A DNA stretch of 64,000 bases from Candidatus Aminicenantes bacterium (GCA_041686095.1 JAWLEN010000001.1:35471-99470), one strand, 5' to 3'. Positions 48,923 to 59,856 are shown, counted from the stretch's first letter. Notes: generated by a model from the sequence alone, not told the origin. A program made the numbers and translations.

Positions 48923-50275
48923 ATGAGTAAAGAAGTCACAGTTGAACAGCTCCTGGCAAAGGCTGAAGAGCCTTCAAAGGATGCAATGAGGTTACACCCT
49001 TTTTATAAAGGGAAAATTATGGTTCTCCCTAAATGCAGAATAAGAGATTTCAATGATTTTGCAATTTGGTATACACCCGGAGTAGCCAGTCCTTGTAGAG
49101 AGATAGAAAAAGACATAGACAAAGTTTATGAATTGACAAATAAAGGAAATTTTGTCGCGGTCATATCAGATGGAACAAGAGTTTTGGGACTTGGGGATAT
49201 TGGTCCTGAGGCAGGACTCCCGGTTATGGAAGGAAAAGCTCTGCTTTACAAATATTTAGGTGGAGTGGACGCTTTTCCCATAATGCTCGACACCAAAGAC
49301 ACTCAAACAATCATAAACACGGTAAAAGTTCTACAACCCACCTTTGGTGGAGTCAATCTTGAGGACATCTCCCATCCAAAATGCTTTGAGATACTGGACA
49401 CTCTTCGCGAAGAATGTCGAATTCCCATCTGGCATGATGACCAGCAGGGGACTGCTCTCGTCACAGTCGCAGGGCTTATAAATGCATTGAAAATTGTTAA
49501 AAAGAATATTGAAGATATAAAAGTAGCCCTTATAGGTGCTGGAGCCGCCAATATAGCCATTGCTCGTCTTATTATTTCAGCAGGAGTGACCCCAGGAAAT
49601 ATCATTCAGGTAGACTCAAAAGGCATCCTCCATAAAGACCGCGAAGACAAAGAAACCTTAAAAGAGAAATATAAGGAGAAATGGCATATTTGTCAGACAA
49701 CAAATGCCAAAGGGATTAAAGGTGACATTCCTGATGCCATGAAAGATGCGGATGTGCTTATTTCAGCATCAAAGCCCGGACCCGGTGTGATTAAAAAAGA
49801 ATGGGTGGAACAAATGGCAGATGATGCCATTGTTTTTGCTGAAGCCAATCCTATTCCAGAAATATGGCCATGGGAAGCTAAAGAAGCAGGGGCCCGCATT
49901 GTGGCCACAGGAAGGTCAGATTTTCCAAATCAGGTGAATAATTCTCTCGGTTTTCCTGGGATATTCAGGGGAACTCTCGATGTGAGAGCCAAAAAAATCA
50001 CAGATGAGATGTGCATTGTCGCAGCCAAGGAACTAGCACAGGTGGCAGAAGACAAAGGACTTAATGAAGATTACATCGTACCAAACATGGACCAATGGGA
50101 AGTCTTCCCCAGAGAAGCAGTTAAAGTTGGCTCAAAAGCCATAGAACAGGGTGTGGCTAGAATAGATCTTCCTGAAGAGGAAAGATATAAAATGGCAGAA
50201 GAAACCATTAAAAAAGCAAGAGAAGAAGTGCAGCTGTTGATGAAAGAAAAATTTATCATCGATCCAGATAAATAA
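48923..50275 (+). CDS. NAD(P)-dependent malic enzyme (malate dehydrogenase, decarboxylating; MaeB-like without PTA domain)
   Basis: LHPFYKGKIMV, YTPGVA, and GAGAANIAIA dinucleotide-fold motifs. Confidence 0.8.
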   Translation: MSKEVTVEQLLAKAEEPSKDAMRLHPFYKGKIMVLPKCRIRDFNDFAIWYTPGVASPCREIEKDIDKVYELTNKGNFVAVISDGTRVLGLGDIGPEAGLPVMEGKALLYKYLGGVDAFPIMLDTKDTQTIINTVKVLQPTFGGVNLEDISHPKCFEILDTLREECRIPIWHDDQQGTALVTVAGLINALKIVKKNIEDIKVALIGAGAANIAIARLIISAGVTPGNIIQVDSKGILHKDREDKETLKEKYKEKWHICQTTNAKGIKGDIPDAMKDADVLISASKPGPGVIKKEWVEQMADDAIVFAEANPIPEIWPWEAKEAGARIVATGRSDFPNQVNNSLGFPGIFRGTLDVRAKKITDEMCIVAAKELAQVAEDKGLNEDYIVPNMDQWEVFPREAVKVGSKAIEQGVARIDLPEEERYKMAEETIKKAREEVQLLMKEKFIIDPDK

Positions 50276-50291
50276 TATTCAGTGGAATTTT

Positions 50292-50324
50292 AAAAGGCCT
50301 GTTTTAAAGCAGGCCTTTTTTGTT
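50292..50324 (+). terminator. Rho-independent terminator after malic enzyme gene
   Basis: AAAAGGCCTG / CAGGCCTTTT 10-bp stem with an 8-nt loop, followed by a TTTTGTTT tail. Confidence 0.75.
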
Positions 50325-50345
50325 TATAGCCATTCTATAAAAATA

Positions 50346-50374
50346 CTTGACATTATCTCACTCAAATATTATAC
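50346..50374 (+). promoter_or_regulatory. Sigma-70-type promoter of dnaK operon (TTGACA-N17-TATACT), overlapped by HAIR-like inverted repeat CTTGACA-N7-ACTCAAA
   Basis: Consensus -35 at 50346-50351, 17-nt spacer, -10 TATACT at 50369-50374, about 45 nt upstream of the dnaK ATG. The HspR gene is in the same operon. Confidence 0.55.
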
Positions 50375-50419
50375 TATTTGCAGACTAAAATTAATCAAAT
50401 TGAAAATCGGAGGTTATAA

Positions 50420-52366
50420 ATGCCAAAAATTATAGGAATCGATTTAGGAACAACCAATTCAGTTGTTGCTGTCATGGAAGGAGATAAACCGGTCATTATC
50501 TCTAATGAAGAAGGAGGCCGAACAACTCCATCTGTCATTGCCTTTAATGATAAAGGAGAAAGGCTGGTGGGACAAGTTGCCAAACGTCAGAGAGTCACAA
50601 ATCCAGAAAATACCATTTATTCTGTGAAAAGATTTATGGGTCGAAGGTACAAAGAAGTATCTGAAGAAATCAAACAGGTTCCCTTTAAAGTTACGGAAGC
50701 TAAAAACGGAGATGTTCGAATAGAGGCTATGGGTAAAAAATACGCCCCTCCAGAACTATCAGCTATGATATTGAGAAAACTAAAGAAATCAGCTGAAGAT
50801 TATTTGGGTGAAAAAGTAGAAAAAGCGATCATCACGGTTCCTGCTTATTTCAATGATAGTCAAAGAAAAGCCACCAAAGATGCCGCTAAAATCGCTGGGT
50901 TAGATGCACACAGAATCATCAATGAGCCCACAGCAGCTGCCTTGGCTTATGGAATGGACAAGAAAAAAGACCAGACTATAGCTGTTTATGACTTTGGTGG
51001 AGGCACCTTTGATATATCAATCCTAGAAGTTGGTGAAGGTATTGTGGAAGTTAAAGCTACCAACGGAGACACCCATCTTGGTGGTGATGACATAGACCAG
51101 GTGGTGCAGGACTGGCTGGTAAAGGAGTTTAAAAAGGAATCAGGGATTGACCTGACCAAAGATAAAATGGCTCTTCAGAGACTCAAAGAAGCGGCTGAAA
51201 AGGCAAAAATGGAGCTTTCAAGCACTATGGAGACTGAAGTCAACTTGCCATTTATTACAGCTGACAGCTCGGGTCCAAAGCATTTGCTGATCAAATTAAC
51301 TCGCTCAAAACTCGAACAATTGATGGAGCCTATTGTTAAAAAGACTATAGATCCCTGCAGAATGGCCTTAGATGATGCAGACATAAAAGCTTCAGGTATC
51401 AATGAAGTGATCCTTGTGGGAGGTTCTACCCGAATTCCAAAGGTTCAGGAATTGGTCAAAGACCTATTTGGAAAAGAACCCCATAAAGGAGTAAACCCTG
51501 ATGAGGTTGTGGCTACAGGAGCCGCCATACAGGGAGCTGTGATGTCCGGAGATGTCAAAGATGTCCTTCTTTTGGATGTCACTCCACTGACCCTAGGAAT
51601 AGAAACTCTGGGTGGAGTCTTCACCAAGATGATCCCTCGAAACACCACCATCCCTACCAAGAAAACAGAAATTTTCTCCACCGCATCAGATAATCAGCCC
51701 AGTGTTGAAGTGAATGTTCTTCAAGGGGAAAGAGAGATGGCTAAAGATAACCGGAGTTTGGGAAGATTCCATCTTGACGGAATCCCTCCGGCTCCCAGAG
51801 GAGTTCCTAAAATAGAAGTGACTTTTGACATCAATGCTGACGGCATTCTCCATGTTTCTGCAAAGGATAAAGGAACAGGTAAAGAACAGGCCATCACCAT
51901 CACAGGACACAGCGGACTGGAGGAAGAAGAGGTAGATCGAATGGTGAAAGATGCAGAAAAACATTCTGAAGAAGACAAAAAAAGAAGAGAATTGATTGAC
52001 GTGAAAAACCAGGCAGATAATCTGGTCTATAATCTGGAAAAGACATTAAAGGAAAACAAAGATAAAATAGATCCCAAAGAAGCTTCCCAAATACAAAGTG
52101 AGATTGAGAACACAAAATCAGCCATCGAAGGAGACAATGTGGAGCATATAAAGAAAGCTATGGAAAAACTTACCCAGGCTTCTCATAAAATCACGGAGAT
52201 GATGTACCAGCAGGCTTCTCAGCAGCAGACCCAAGGCGCTGGAACTCAAACAGGAGAAGCCTCAACACAACAAGGCAGTGAAGGACAAAAAAAATCTGAA
52301 AAATCCGAAGAGGAAGAAGAAGTGATTGATGCCGAAGTGGTTGACGAAGAAGAAAAAGATAAATAA
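50420..52366 (+). CDS. dnaK: Molecular chaperone DnaK (Hsp70)
   Basis: [18 protein letters not shown], and a full substrate-binding domain. Confidence 0.95.
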   Translation: MPKIIGIDLGTTNSVVAVMEGDKPVIISNEEGGRTTPSVIAFNDKGERLVGQVAKRQRVTNPENTIYSVKRFMGRRYKEVSEEIKQVPFKVTEAKNGDVRIEAMGKKYAPPELSAMILRKLKKSAEDYLGEKVEKAIITVPAYFNDSQRKATKDAAKIAGLDAHRIINEPTAAALAYGMDKKKDQTIAVYDFGGGTFDISILEVGEGIVEVKATNGDTHLGGDDIDQVVQDWLVKEFKKESGIDLTKDKMALQRLKEAAEKAKMELSSTMETEVNLPFITADSSGPKHLLIKLTRSKLEQLMEPIVKKTIDPCRMALDDADIKASGINEVILVGGSTRIPKVQELVKDLFGKEPHKGVNPDEVVATGAAIQGAVMSGDVKDVLLLDVTPLTLGIETLGGVFTKMIPRNTTIPTKKTEIFSTASDNQPSVEVNVLQGEREMAKDNRSLGRFHLDGIPPAPRGVPKIEVTFDINADGILHVSAKDKGTGKEQAITITGHSGLEEEEVDRMVKDAEKHSEEDKKRRELIDVKNQADNLVYNLEKTLKENKDKIDPKEASQIQSEIENTKSAIEGDNVEHIKKAMEKLTQASHKITEMMYQQASQQQTQGAGTQTGEASTQQGSEGQKKSEKSEEEEEVIDAEVVDEEEKDK

Positions 52367-52472
52367 ATAATTAAATTTTATATAAATGAGAGAGGAGGGA
52401 TTGCCCTTATTGAGTGTTTTTTAACACAAAAAAGGGTAATCCCAACTCAGAATAAATTATAAAGCATTTATC

Positions 52473-53576
52473 ATGTCTAAAGATTATTATAAAATCATAG
52501 GAGTCGATAAAAAGGCTTCCACTCCTGATATAAAAAAAGCTTACCGTAAATTAGCTCGTAAATATCATCCGGATTTGAATCCTGGTGATAAATCAGCAGA
52601 AAATAAATTCAAAGACATCCAAGAAGCTTATTCTGTTCTTAAAGATCCTGAAAAAAGAAAGCAATATGATCAATACGGAGTGGTCGGTGACCAGGAAAGA
52701 ACACAAAGGGCTTACCAACAAGATTTCACAGGATTCCAAGGATTTGATTTTTCAGGATATGGTTCGTCGTCCTTTCAGGACTTTTTTGAAAATATCTTTG
52801 GTTCTTCCCAGAAACAAACCAGATTGAGACCAGAAAAAGGTGAAGATCTTCTTTATTCCATGAAGCTTGGATTCTTTGATGCTATAAACGGGATCAAAAC
52901 ACGCATTAAGTTAAATCGGATGAAAGAATGTCCCTCTTGCGGGGGCATGGGAACCATGACCGGCACAGGAAGTCAAACCTGCCAAGTTTGTAGGGGAACC
53001 GGACACACCACTATGCAAAAAGGTTCCATGAGATTCCAAACCACTTGTCCTTCATGTGGAGGGAGTGGGGTTACAAAAGGAAAAGAATGCTCTCAATGTC
53101 ACGGAACCGGTCAGGTCAGAGAATCTGAGTTCATTAGTGTCAAAATACCTGCTGGAGTCAATACAGGATCAAAAGTAAGGATCGCAGGAAAAGGGAATGC
53201 AGGAAAAAGAGGAGGTCCTCCCGGAGATCTTTTTATCACCATTGAAGTGGAGGCCCATCCTTTCTTTAAAAGAGAAGGATCAAATATATATGTCAAAGTC
53301 CCGATCACTGTACCAGAAGCAACTCTTGGAGCCAAAATCCCAGTTCCCACAATTAATGGAAAAAGCACCATAAAAATACCCCCAGGAACAAAATCAGGAC
53401 AAAAATTTAGGCTGCAAGGAAAGGGTTCTCCTAAAATAGGGCAAAAAAGCAATGGAGATCAATTTGTGGAAGTCACCATTGTTCCTCCGCCTTTTAACGA
53501 TGAAAAAATTAGGAGCCTTATGAAAGAGCTCGAAAAAACCTCTGATCAAAATCCAAGGAAAAGACTAGGGGTATGA
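52473..53576 (+). CDS. dnaJ: Molecular chaperone DnaJ
   Basis: J-domain HPD, G/F-rich region, four CxxCxGxG zinc-finger repeats. Confidence 0.9.
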   Translation: MSKDYYKIIGVDKKASTPDIKKAYRKLARKYHPDLNPGDKSAENKFKDIQEAYSVLKDPEKRKQYDQYGVVGDQERTQRAYQQDFTGFQGFDFSGYGSSSFQDFFENIFGSSQKQTRLRPEKGEDLLYSMKLGFFDAINGIKTRIKLNRMKECPSCGGMGTMTGTGSQTCQVCRGTGHTTMQKGSMRFQTTCPSCGGSGVTKGKECSQCHGTGQVRESEFISVKIPAGVNTGSKVRIAGKGNAGKRGGPPGDLFITIEVEAHPFFKREGSNIYVKVPITVPEATLGAKIPVPTINGKSTIKIPPGTKSGQKFRLQGKGSPKIGQKSNGDQFVEVTIVPPPFNDEKIRSLMKELEKTSDQNPRKRLGV

Positions 53577-53577
53577 A

Positions 53578-53991
53578 ATGGCAAAAAATACGAAAGAAAA
53601 AAATAAGTATTATCACATAAGTACTGTGGCTAATATTTATGATGTTCATCCCCAGACACTGAGACTTTATGAAAGAGAAGGGCTTCTAAAGCCCTCAAGA
53701 AGCAAAGGAAATACTAGACTGTATTCAGAAGAAGACTTAGAGCAGCTCGAATTTATTCTTAATTTGACCAGAGATCTAGGTGTTAATCTAGCTGGGGTGG
53801 AAGTGGCAATGAACATGAAAAAAAAGATGGAAAAAATTGAACAAGAAGTGAATCAATTCCTTAATTACATTAGAGCGGAATTTTTTGAAGGAAAGGAAGA
53901 AGAATTTGAGAATAAAAAAGATTCCTTAGTCAGACTCAATCCCACAAAGATAATCAAAATAGAAAGAAAAGAAACAAACAACCATAAATAA
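53578..53991 (+). CDS. hspR: MerR-family heat-shock repressor HspR-like
   Basis: YHISTVANIYDVHPQTLRLYEREGLLKPSRSKGNTRLY is a MerR HTH. It lies directly after dnaJ (4-nt overlap), as in hspR operons. Confidence 0.65.
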   Translation: MAKNTKEKNKYYHISTVANIYDVHPQTLRLYEREGLLKPSRSKGNTRLYSEEDLEQLEFILNLTRDLGVNLAGVEVAMNMKKKMEKIEQEVNQFLNYIRAEFFEGKEEEFENKKDSLVRLNPTKIIKIERKETNNHK

Positions 53992-54840
53992 ATGAAAAAG
54001 AAATTTCCAAGACAGTATCAATCAAAAAACCTAAAACTTTACTTAAAACAGATTTCTGAATTTTCTCCCCTTGACCAAAAGGAAGAAAAAAGACTGGGCC
54101 GGCGCATACAAAAAGGAGACCAGGCTGCTTTGAAAAAACTAATCGAGGCTAACTTGAAATTTGTGGTCTCTTATGTAAAAAAATATAAAGGGATGGGATT
54201 AAGTATGCTGGATTTGATCAATGAAGGAAACATAGGGCTTATAGAAGCAGCAAAGAGATATGATCCCACTAAAAACGTTAAGTTTATTTCCTATGCAGTT
54301 TGGTGGATTAGACAGGCTATCTTTAACGCGCTAACTCGAAATTCGAGAATTTATCATATTCCCCAAAAACTCTCTGACCAGGTCTCAGAAATGAAAAAAG
54401 TGCGATCTAGATTAAAAAAAGACCTGGGCCGAAATCCAACCAGGGAAGAAGTGGCCGGAGCAATGAATATAAACGTACCGGATGTGGAAGACCTTGAAAT
54501 CTTAGAAGAAAAAAACCTGTCGCTGAGTGATAAATACTATGATGAGGAAATAGAGTTAGGTGATAAGATAGAGGATGAAATATCCCCATCTGTAGAATAT
54601 CTGATTATTAAAAACGCAATCCAAGAGCAGATAAGGGAGGTACTGGAAGAACTGGATGAAAAAGAAGCTTTTGTGCTAAAATTAAGATTCGGACTCGATG
54701 ACAATAGGCCAAAAACGCTACAGGAAATCGGCGATGCACTCCATCTCACCAGGGAGAGAATAAGGCAAATAGAAGAAAAAGCAAAACGGAAATTGTCTAA
54801 ATCACATACCATGCAACAACTTAGAGGATATTTAAACTAA
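53992..54840 (+). CDS. Sigma-70 family RNA polymerase sigma factor (group 3-like, regions 2-4)
   Basis: Region 2.x (LDLINEGNIGLIEAAKRYDPTKNVKFISYAVWWIRQAI) and region 4 HTH (TLQEIGDALHLTRERIRQIE). Confidence 0.75.
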   Translation: MKKKFPRQYQSKNLKLYLKQISEFSPLDQKEEKRLGRRIQKGDQAALKKLIEANLKFVVSYVKKYKGMGLSMLDLINEGNIGLIEAAKRYDPTKNVKFISYAVWWIRQAIFNALTRNSRIYHIPQKLSDQVSEMKKVRSRLKKDLGRNPTREEVAGAMNINVPDVEDLEILEEKNLSLSDKYYDEEIELGDKIEDEISPSVEYLIIKNAIQEQIREVLEELDEKEAFVLKLRFGLDDNRPKTLQEIGDALHLTRERIRQIEEKAKRKLSKSHTMQQLRGYLN

Positions 54841-55607
54841 TGAAAAAAGAAATCTGTCCTAAATGTGAAGGAACTGGTTGGATTCTGGAGACAGACTCAA
54901 CAGGAAAGTCTGTAGCCAAACGATGCACCTGTTATACTGAAAACAAAGTCAAAATACTCTTAAGACAAGCAAACCTTCCTAAGAGATATGAAGAATGCAC
55001 TTTTGAGAATTTTGAGATCCATAATCCTTCCCATAAAAACGCCGTTAAAATATCTAAAAAATTTGTGAAAAATTATCCAGTGCAGAACATTGGTCTGCTT
55101 TTTCAAGGTCCATGTGGTGTAGGAAAGACCCACTTGGCAGTGGCCATAATCAATGATCTCATAAAAACCAAATCCACACCGTGTTATTTCTGCGATTTCA
55201 GGGATCTTATAAGAAATATCCAGAAAAGTTATTCTTCAGAATCATCCATGACTGAATCAGAATTGATCGCTCCTATCTTTGCTAATAATGTTCTTGTTCT
55301 CGATGAATTGGGTGCAAAAAGGACTTCCCCTTGGGTAGAAGAAACCATTTTTTATATCATCAATCATCGTTATAATCATAAGAAGCTCACGCTATTCACA
55401 TCCAACTATCTTGATATGGGGGAAGAAGACGAAGACAAAAGAGAGCCTTATTTTAAGAAAAGCAATTTTTTTAAAAAACAGGAGGACAGTTTAGTTGATC
55501 GGATCGGAATAAGGCTCCGCTCCCGGATTTATGAAATGTGCAAGTTAGTGACTATAGAAGGCGATGATTATCGCAAGAAAGTGAAGCAGGCAGGTTACCG
55601 CTTCTAA
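54840..55607 (+). CDS. DnaC/IstB-like AAA+ ATPase with N-terminal Cys4 zinc ribbon
   Basis: CPKCEGTG...CTC zinc ribbon, Walker A (GPCGVGKTHLA), Walker B (VLVLDELG). Confidence 0.6.
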   Translation: MKKEICPKCEGTGWILETDSTGKSVAKRCTCYTENKVKILLRQANLPKRYEECTFENFEIHNPSHKNAVKISKKFVKNYPVQNIGLLFQGPCGVGKTHLAVAIINDLIKTKSTPCYFCDFRDLIRNIQKSYSSESSMTESELIAPIFANNVLVLDELGAKRTSPWVEETIFYIINHRYNHKKLTLFTSNYLDMGEEDEDKREPYFKKSNFFKKQEDSLVDRIGIRLRSRIYEMCKLVTIEGDDYRKKVKQAGYRF

Positions 55608-55647
55608 TATAGATTATTCAAAAAAACACCGATACGTTCATCAGTTA

Positions 55648-55875
55648 AGCCTTTCCAAAAACGTGAAACACATTAATTATTATGTTCATTAAGGGGAGAG
55701 GGCAAGGGATTCGTCACCCGATCGATTCCCCAGCGTGGAATCTCTCTCCCGGTTCAGGCTTCGCTCTCCTCTTAAGAGGAACCATGCCCGCTCAGCCATC
55801 ACAGGGGATTCCTCATCCCTTGCCCTCTCCCCTTATCTGTCAAGTAAACCCTATCACGGTTTTGGAAATGCTTAC
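55648..55875. mobile_element. MITE-like palindromic repeat, family A, full-length copy 5
   Basis: Same core and arms. Terminal inverted repeats AAGCCTTTCCAAAAACGTGAAACA / TATCACGGTTTTGGAAATGCTTAC. It is 60 bp upstream of tRNA-Asn. Confidence 0.75.
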
Positions 55876-55934
55876 ATTCAATAGATAAAAGTTGCTATTC
55901 CTGGCGTTTTTTGCTATAAAATAGGTTCTTTGAC

Positions 55935-56009
55935 TCCTCGGTAGCTCAACGGCAGAGCGGGTGGCTGTTAACCACTAGGTTGGGGGTTCAAATCCCTCCC
56001 GAGGAGCCA
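55935..56009 (+). tRNA. tRNA-Asn (anticodon GTT)
   Basis: 75 nt. 7-bp acceptor stem TCCTCGG/CCGAGGA, T-arm GGTTCAAATCC, anticodon loop CTGTTAA with GTT at 55967-55969, encoded CCA. Confidence 0.85.
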
Positions 56010-56089
56010 GTTCCTTCCCACACGTAATATACCTCATAAAATATTAAATATTTATTGAGTCTCTGTGAATTTACAAGTAAAATCAGTTT

Positions 56090-56770
56090 ATGAACAAACT
56101 TATTGCAGTGGTGGATGATGAACCAGATATAGCTGAACTGGTCAGGGTCCACTTAACAAAAGCCCGGTTTGAGGCAAAAACTTTTTTATCTGGGAATAAG
56201 TTTTATGATTTTTTATCCCGTCATAGACCAGATCTGATCATTCTGGATCTTCTTCTTCCGGATATAGATGGGCTTGAAATATGTAAAGACTTAAAAAGCA
56301 ATCCAGAATTAAGTGAAATACCCATCATCATGCTCACAGCTAAAGGCGAAGAAATGGATAAAATACTAGGTCTAGAACTGGGAGCCGATGATTATGTGAC
56401 CAAACCGTTTTCTCCAAGAGAACTCATTGCCCGTGTCAAAGCTGTGTTAAGAAGACCGAAGGAAGGCAAAGAGATGGATAAAATTAAAGTAGGGGATTCA
56501 CTTTTAATAGATCGATCCAAACACGAAGTCTGGGTTAAAGGATACAAAATCAACCTGACCACCACAGAATTTAAAATACTTGAATTATTGGCTTCAAAAA
56601 AAGGATGGGTTTTTTCCAGAGAAAAAATATTGGATTATTTATGGGGAATAGAAAAAGCTGTGCTGGATCGAACGGTGGATGTTCATGTCAGGCACCTAAG
56701 AAAGAAATTGGGAAAACAGGCGAAATTGATTAAGAATGTAAGAGGAGTGGGATATAAACTGGAAATATGA
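56090..56770 (+). CDS. OmpR/PhoB-family response regulator
   Basis: Receiver (DLIILDLLLPDIDG) plus winged-helix (VDVHVRHLRKKLG). Confidence 0.85.
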   Translation: MNKLIAVVDDEPDIAELVRVHLTKARFEAKTFLSGNKFYDFLSRHRPDLIILDLLLPDIDGLEICKDLKSNPELSEIPIIMLTAKGEEMDKILGLELGADDYVTKPFSPRELIARVKAVLRRPKEGKEMDKIKVGDSLLIDRSKHEVWVKGYKINLTTTEFKILELLASKKGWVFSREKILDYLWGIEKAVLDRTVDVHVRHLRKKLGKQAKLIKNVRGVGYKLEI

Positions 56771-58491
56771 AAAAAACAATTTTCTTAAAACTATTCGGGA
56801 GATATGCCTTAATCATATTAACCCTAGGTTTGCTCATTATTATTTTTTCACATGTCTTTGAAAAAAAATTTCATATAGATACTCTCTCCCAAGAGCTCAT
56901 GGACTTGGGCCATACCATACAGCCGGAAGTCATCCAATTGTTTAAAGAAAATAAATTAAATCAATTGGATTCCTATGCCAAAGATTTAGGCGAAAAAATC
57001 AACACCCGAATCACGGTCATAGACCTTCAGGGAAAAGTGGTGGCTGACTCTGATAATGATCCCCTATTAATGGAAAATCACAGATACCGGCCCGAAATCA
57101 TCAGAGCCTATACTGGGGAAATTGGAAAATCTGTTCGGTTCAGTCGCACTGTAAAGGAAAAAATGCTGTATATTGGTCTTCCTTTAAGGATCGGAGGTCA
57201 GATCTCAGGAGTTTTGAGACTCAGTCTTTATTTTGAAAGAATAAATCTCTGGTTTTTCAACTTACGAAGGGATGTGGTCTTTTTTGTCTTAATTCTGATC
57301 ACCCTGTCGCTCGTTGCTTCTTATATATTGTCCCGCAACATAACCAAACCCATAAAAAAAATAAGAGAAGCAGCCCAGAGAACCGCTTCCGGCGAAATGA
57401 ATGTTCAAGTTCTTATAAAAAAGAGAGGGGAACTCAAGCAGCTTGCTGAAAGTTTTAATTCTATGACAGAGCGGATAAGCCAATTATTTGATGACCTGAA
57501 TGCCCAAAAAGAACAGCTCATGTGTATTCTTCAAACTATGGAGGAAGGACTTCTAACCCTGGATGACAAAGGAAAAATAGTCTTCTGTAATGAGAATTTT
57601 AAGACAATGATTAAAAACAGGAGCCCAGAAGGAAAGTTTTACTGGGAGTTTATCCGTATGAATGAGTTTAAAGGCCTCGTTTCAGAATTAAAAAAAGATC
57701 ATAAAACTCAAGTCAAGGAAATAAATTTTGATGGAAGTGTGTACCTGTGCAGCGCTAATTATCTTGAGACACGAAATGAGATGGTGATCACTTTCCATGA
57801 AATCACCAAAGAAAAGAATCTAGAAAAAATAAAAAAAGATTTTGTGATCAATGTCTCTCATGAACTGCGAACTCCTCTCACGGCCATAAAAGGGTATCTG
57901 GAAACCATAGAAGGCTTGAATAAAACCCAGCAAAAATACTTGGATACAGCCCTACGGAACACAGATCGGCTGATAAATATAGTCAAAGATCTGCTTTTAA
58001 TTTCCGAGGTAGAATCAGACGAATTTGAATTAAACCAAGATAATGTTGATATCCAAGAGCTGATCTTAAAAGTTGTGAAGATATTCAATCAAAAAATAGA
58101 GAAAAAAAACTTGGATATAAAAATAGACATAGAAAAAAAACTCCCTTTAATCAAAGGGGATTCTTTCAAATTAGAGCAAATGATCATAAACCTGTTAGAT
58201 AATGCGGTGAAATACACTGAAGAAGGAAACATAGACATATCTGCAAAAAGAACAGATTCTAAAATTGACATCACGTTAAAGGACACAGGAATCGGTATCC
58301 CTGAGAAGGATTTACCGCGAATATTTGAAAGATTCTATGTGGTGGACAAATCTCGTTCAAGGAATGTGGGAGGGACTGGATTGGGGCTTTCTATAGCGAA
58401 ACACATTGTTCATCTACATAAAGGCACAGTCAAAGTTGAAAGCAAACCTGGAATAGGCACGGCCTTCCATGTGAGTTTGCCTCTTGGATAA
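56767..58491 (+). CDS. Sensor histidine kinase (TM, HAMP, PAS, HisKA, HATPase)
   Basis: H-box SHELRTPLTAI; N, G1 (DTGIGI) and G2 (GGTGLGLSIAK) boxes. 4-nt overlap with the regulator. Confidence 0.85.
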   Translation: MKKTIFLKLFGRYALIILTLGLLIIIFSHVFEKKFHIDTLSQELMDLGHTIQPEVIQLFKENKLNQLDSYAKDLGEKINTRITVIDLQGKVVADSDNDPLLMENHRYRPEIIRAYTGEIGKSVRFSRTVKEKMLYIGLPLRIGGQISGVLRLSLYFERINLWFFNLRRDVVFFVLILITLSLVASYILSRNITKPIKKIREAAQRTASGEMNVQVLIKKRGELKQLAESFNSMTERISQLFDDLNAQKEQLMCILQTMEEGLLTLDDKGKIVFCNENFKTMIKNRSPEGKFYWEFIRMNEFKGLVSELKKDHKTQVKEINFDGSVYLCSANYLETRNEMVITFHEITKEKNLEKIKKDFVINVSHELRTPLTAIKGYLETIEGLNKTQQKYLDTALRNTDRLINIVKDLLLISEVESDEFELNQDNVDIQELILKVVKIFNQKIEKKNLDIKIDIEKKLPLIKGDSFKLEQMIINLLDNAVKYTEEGNIDISAKRTDSKIDITLKDTGIGIPEKDLPRIFERFYVVDKSRSRNVGGTGLGLSIAKHIVHLHKGTVKVESKPGIGTAFHVSLPLG

Positions 58492-58508
58492 ACATAAAGG
58501 AAAAAAGG

Positions 58509-59846
58509 ATGAAAAAAAGTTCTCGGGCTTTATCCACTAACAGACAGATTGCCCTTTATCTCTTTGTTTCAGCAGTGATTCTTTTAAACTTTGTCTCCTG
58601 CGAAAAAACTGAACCGAACTCTTCACAGGTGAAACCTGGCATTGAGGTTTTTTTAGAAAAACATATTGATCTGGTTAAAGGAAAAAGAGTGGGCCTGGTT
58701 ACAAATCCTACTGGAGTGGACACTTATCTCAAAACAGATATTGAGCTTTTATTCCAGCACCCGGATATCAACCTGACTGCTCTTTATGGTCCAGAGCATG
58801 GAGTCAGAGGAAACGCTCAAGCAGGAGAATATGTGCCTTTTTATATGGATGAAATTTATCATCTTCCTGTGTTCAGCCTTTATGGTCAAACCATGAAACC
58901 AGATGACAATATGATCACCCACATCGATGAATACATGCGTTCTTTTGATACACAAAACAAAGAAAAAGCACCTAATAAACAAATGGTTTCTAAACTGGAT
59001 GTCATGATATTCGACATCCAAGATGTAGGCACCCGAATATACACATATATCGCCACCATGGCTTTTTGTATGCAGGCCTGTGCTGAAAATAACATTGAAT
59101 TTATTGTTCTTGACCGTCCAAATCCCATAAATGGTATTGATTTAGAAGGCCCTGTGTTGAAATATCCCGAGTTCAGTTCTTTTGTGGGCCTTTATCCTAT
59201 CCCGGTAAGACATGGCATGACTATAGGCGAATTAGCTCTTTTGTTTAATGATTCTTTTTTTAAAAAAAAAGTTACTTTAAAAGTTATTCCCATGAAGAGT
59301 TGGAAAAGAGATATGTGGTATGATGAGACTTTAATGCCGTGGGTGATCCCTTCACCTAACATGCCTACTCTGAATACAGCCATGGTCTATCCTGGACAGG
59401 TCTATCTGGAAGGAACTAATATATCTGAAGGCAGAGGAACCACAAAACCGTTTGAATTGTTCGGGGCTCCCTGGATTGAGGCCAATCATCTCACTCAAAT
59501 TCTTAACTCTCTGAACCTGCCTGGAGTGGGCTTTAGAGAAGCCTGGTTTAAACCCGTGATGTCAAAATATAAAGGAAAATTGTGCGGAGGCTCTCAGATC
59601 TATATAACAGACAGAGACTTTTTCAAACCATTCGAATGTACGCTTTGGATTATTAAAACCATTAGGGAAGAATATCCTGAGCATTTCAGATTTCATGAGG
59701 AGTATTTTGATAAAATAATGGGGACAGATCAAATACGACAAGCTTTAATCAAAGGAACTTCAATCAAAAAAATAACAGATTCCTATCAAAAAGAGCTTGT
59801 GTCATTTAAACAAAAGAGAGAAAAATATCTGATTTATTCTCCTTAA
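58509..59846 (+). CDS. DUF1343 family protein (exo-beta-N-acetylmuramidase NamZ-like), lipoprotein signal
   Basis: 445 aa. N-terminal signal with Cys; KRVGLVTNPTGVD and FDIQDVG motifs match my recollection of DUF1343. Confidence 0.5.
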   Translation: MKKSSRALSTNRQIALYLFVSAVILLNFVSCEKTEPNSSQVKPGIEVFLEKHIDLVKGKRVGLVTNPTGVDTYLKTDIELLFQHPDINLTALYGPEHGVRGNAQAGEYVPFYMDEIYHLPVFSLYGQTMKPDDNMITHIDEYMRSFDTQNKEKAPNKQMVSKLDVMIFDIQDVGTRIYTYIATMAFCMQACAENNIEFIVLDRPNPINGIDLEGPVLKYPEFSSFVGLYPIPVRHGMTIGELALLFNDSFFKKKVTLKVIPMKSWKRDMWYDETLMPWVIPSPNMPTLNTAMVYPGQVYLEGTNISEGRGTTKPFELFGAPWIEANHLTQILNSLNLPGVGFREAWFKPVMSKYKGKLCGGSQIYITDRDFFKPFECTLWIIKTIREEYPEHFRFHEEYFDKIMGTDQIRQALIKGTSIKKITDSYQKELVSFKQKREKYLIYSP

Positions 59847-59856
59847 GAAAAATATC

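Noticed and set aside
22806-55875. CRISPR array formed by the repeated GGGGAGAGGGCAAGGGAT units
   Set aside because: The repeats are dispersed singly over 33 kb. Each is an internally palindromic unit, not direct repeats with unique spacers, and no cas genes are present.
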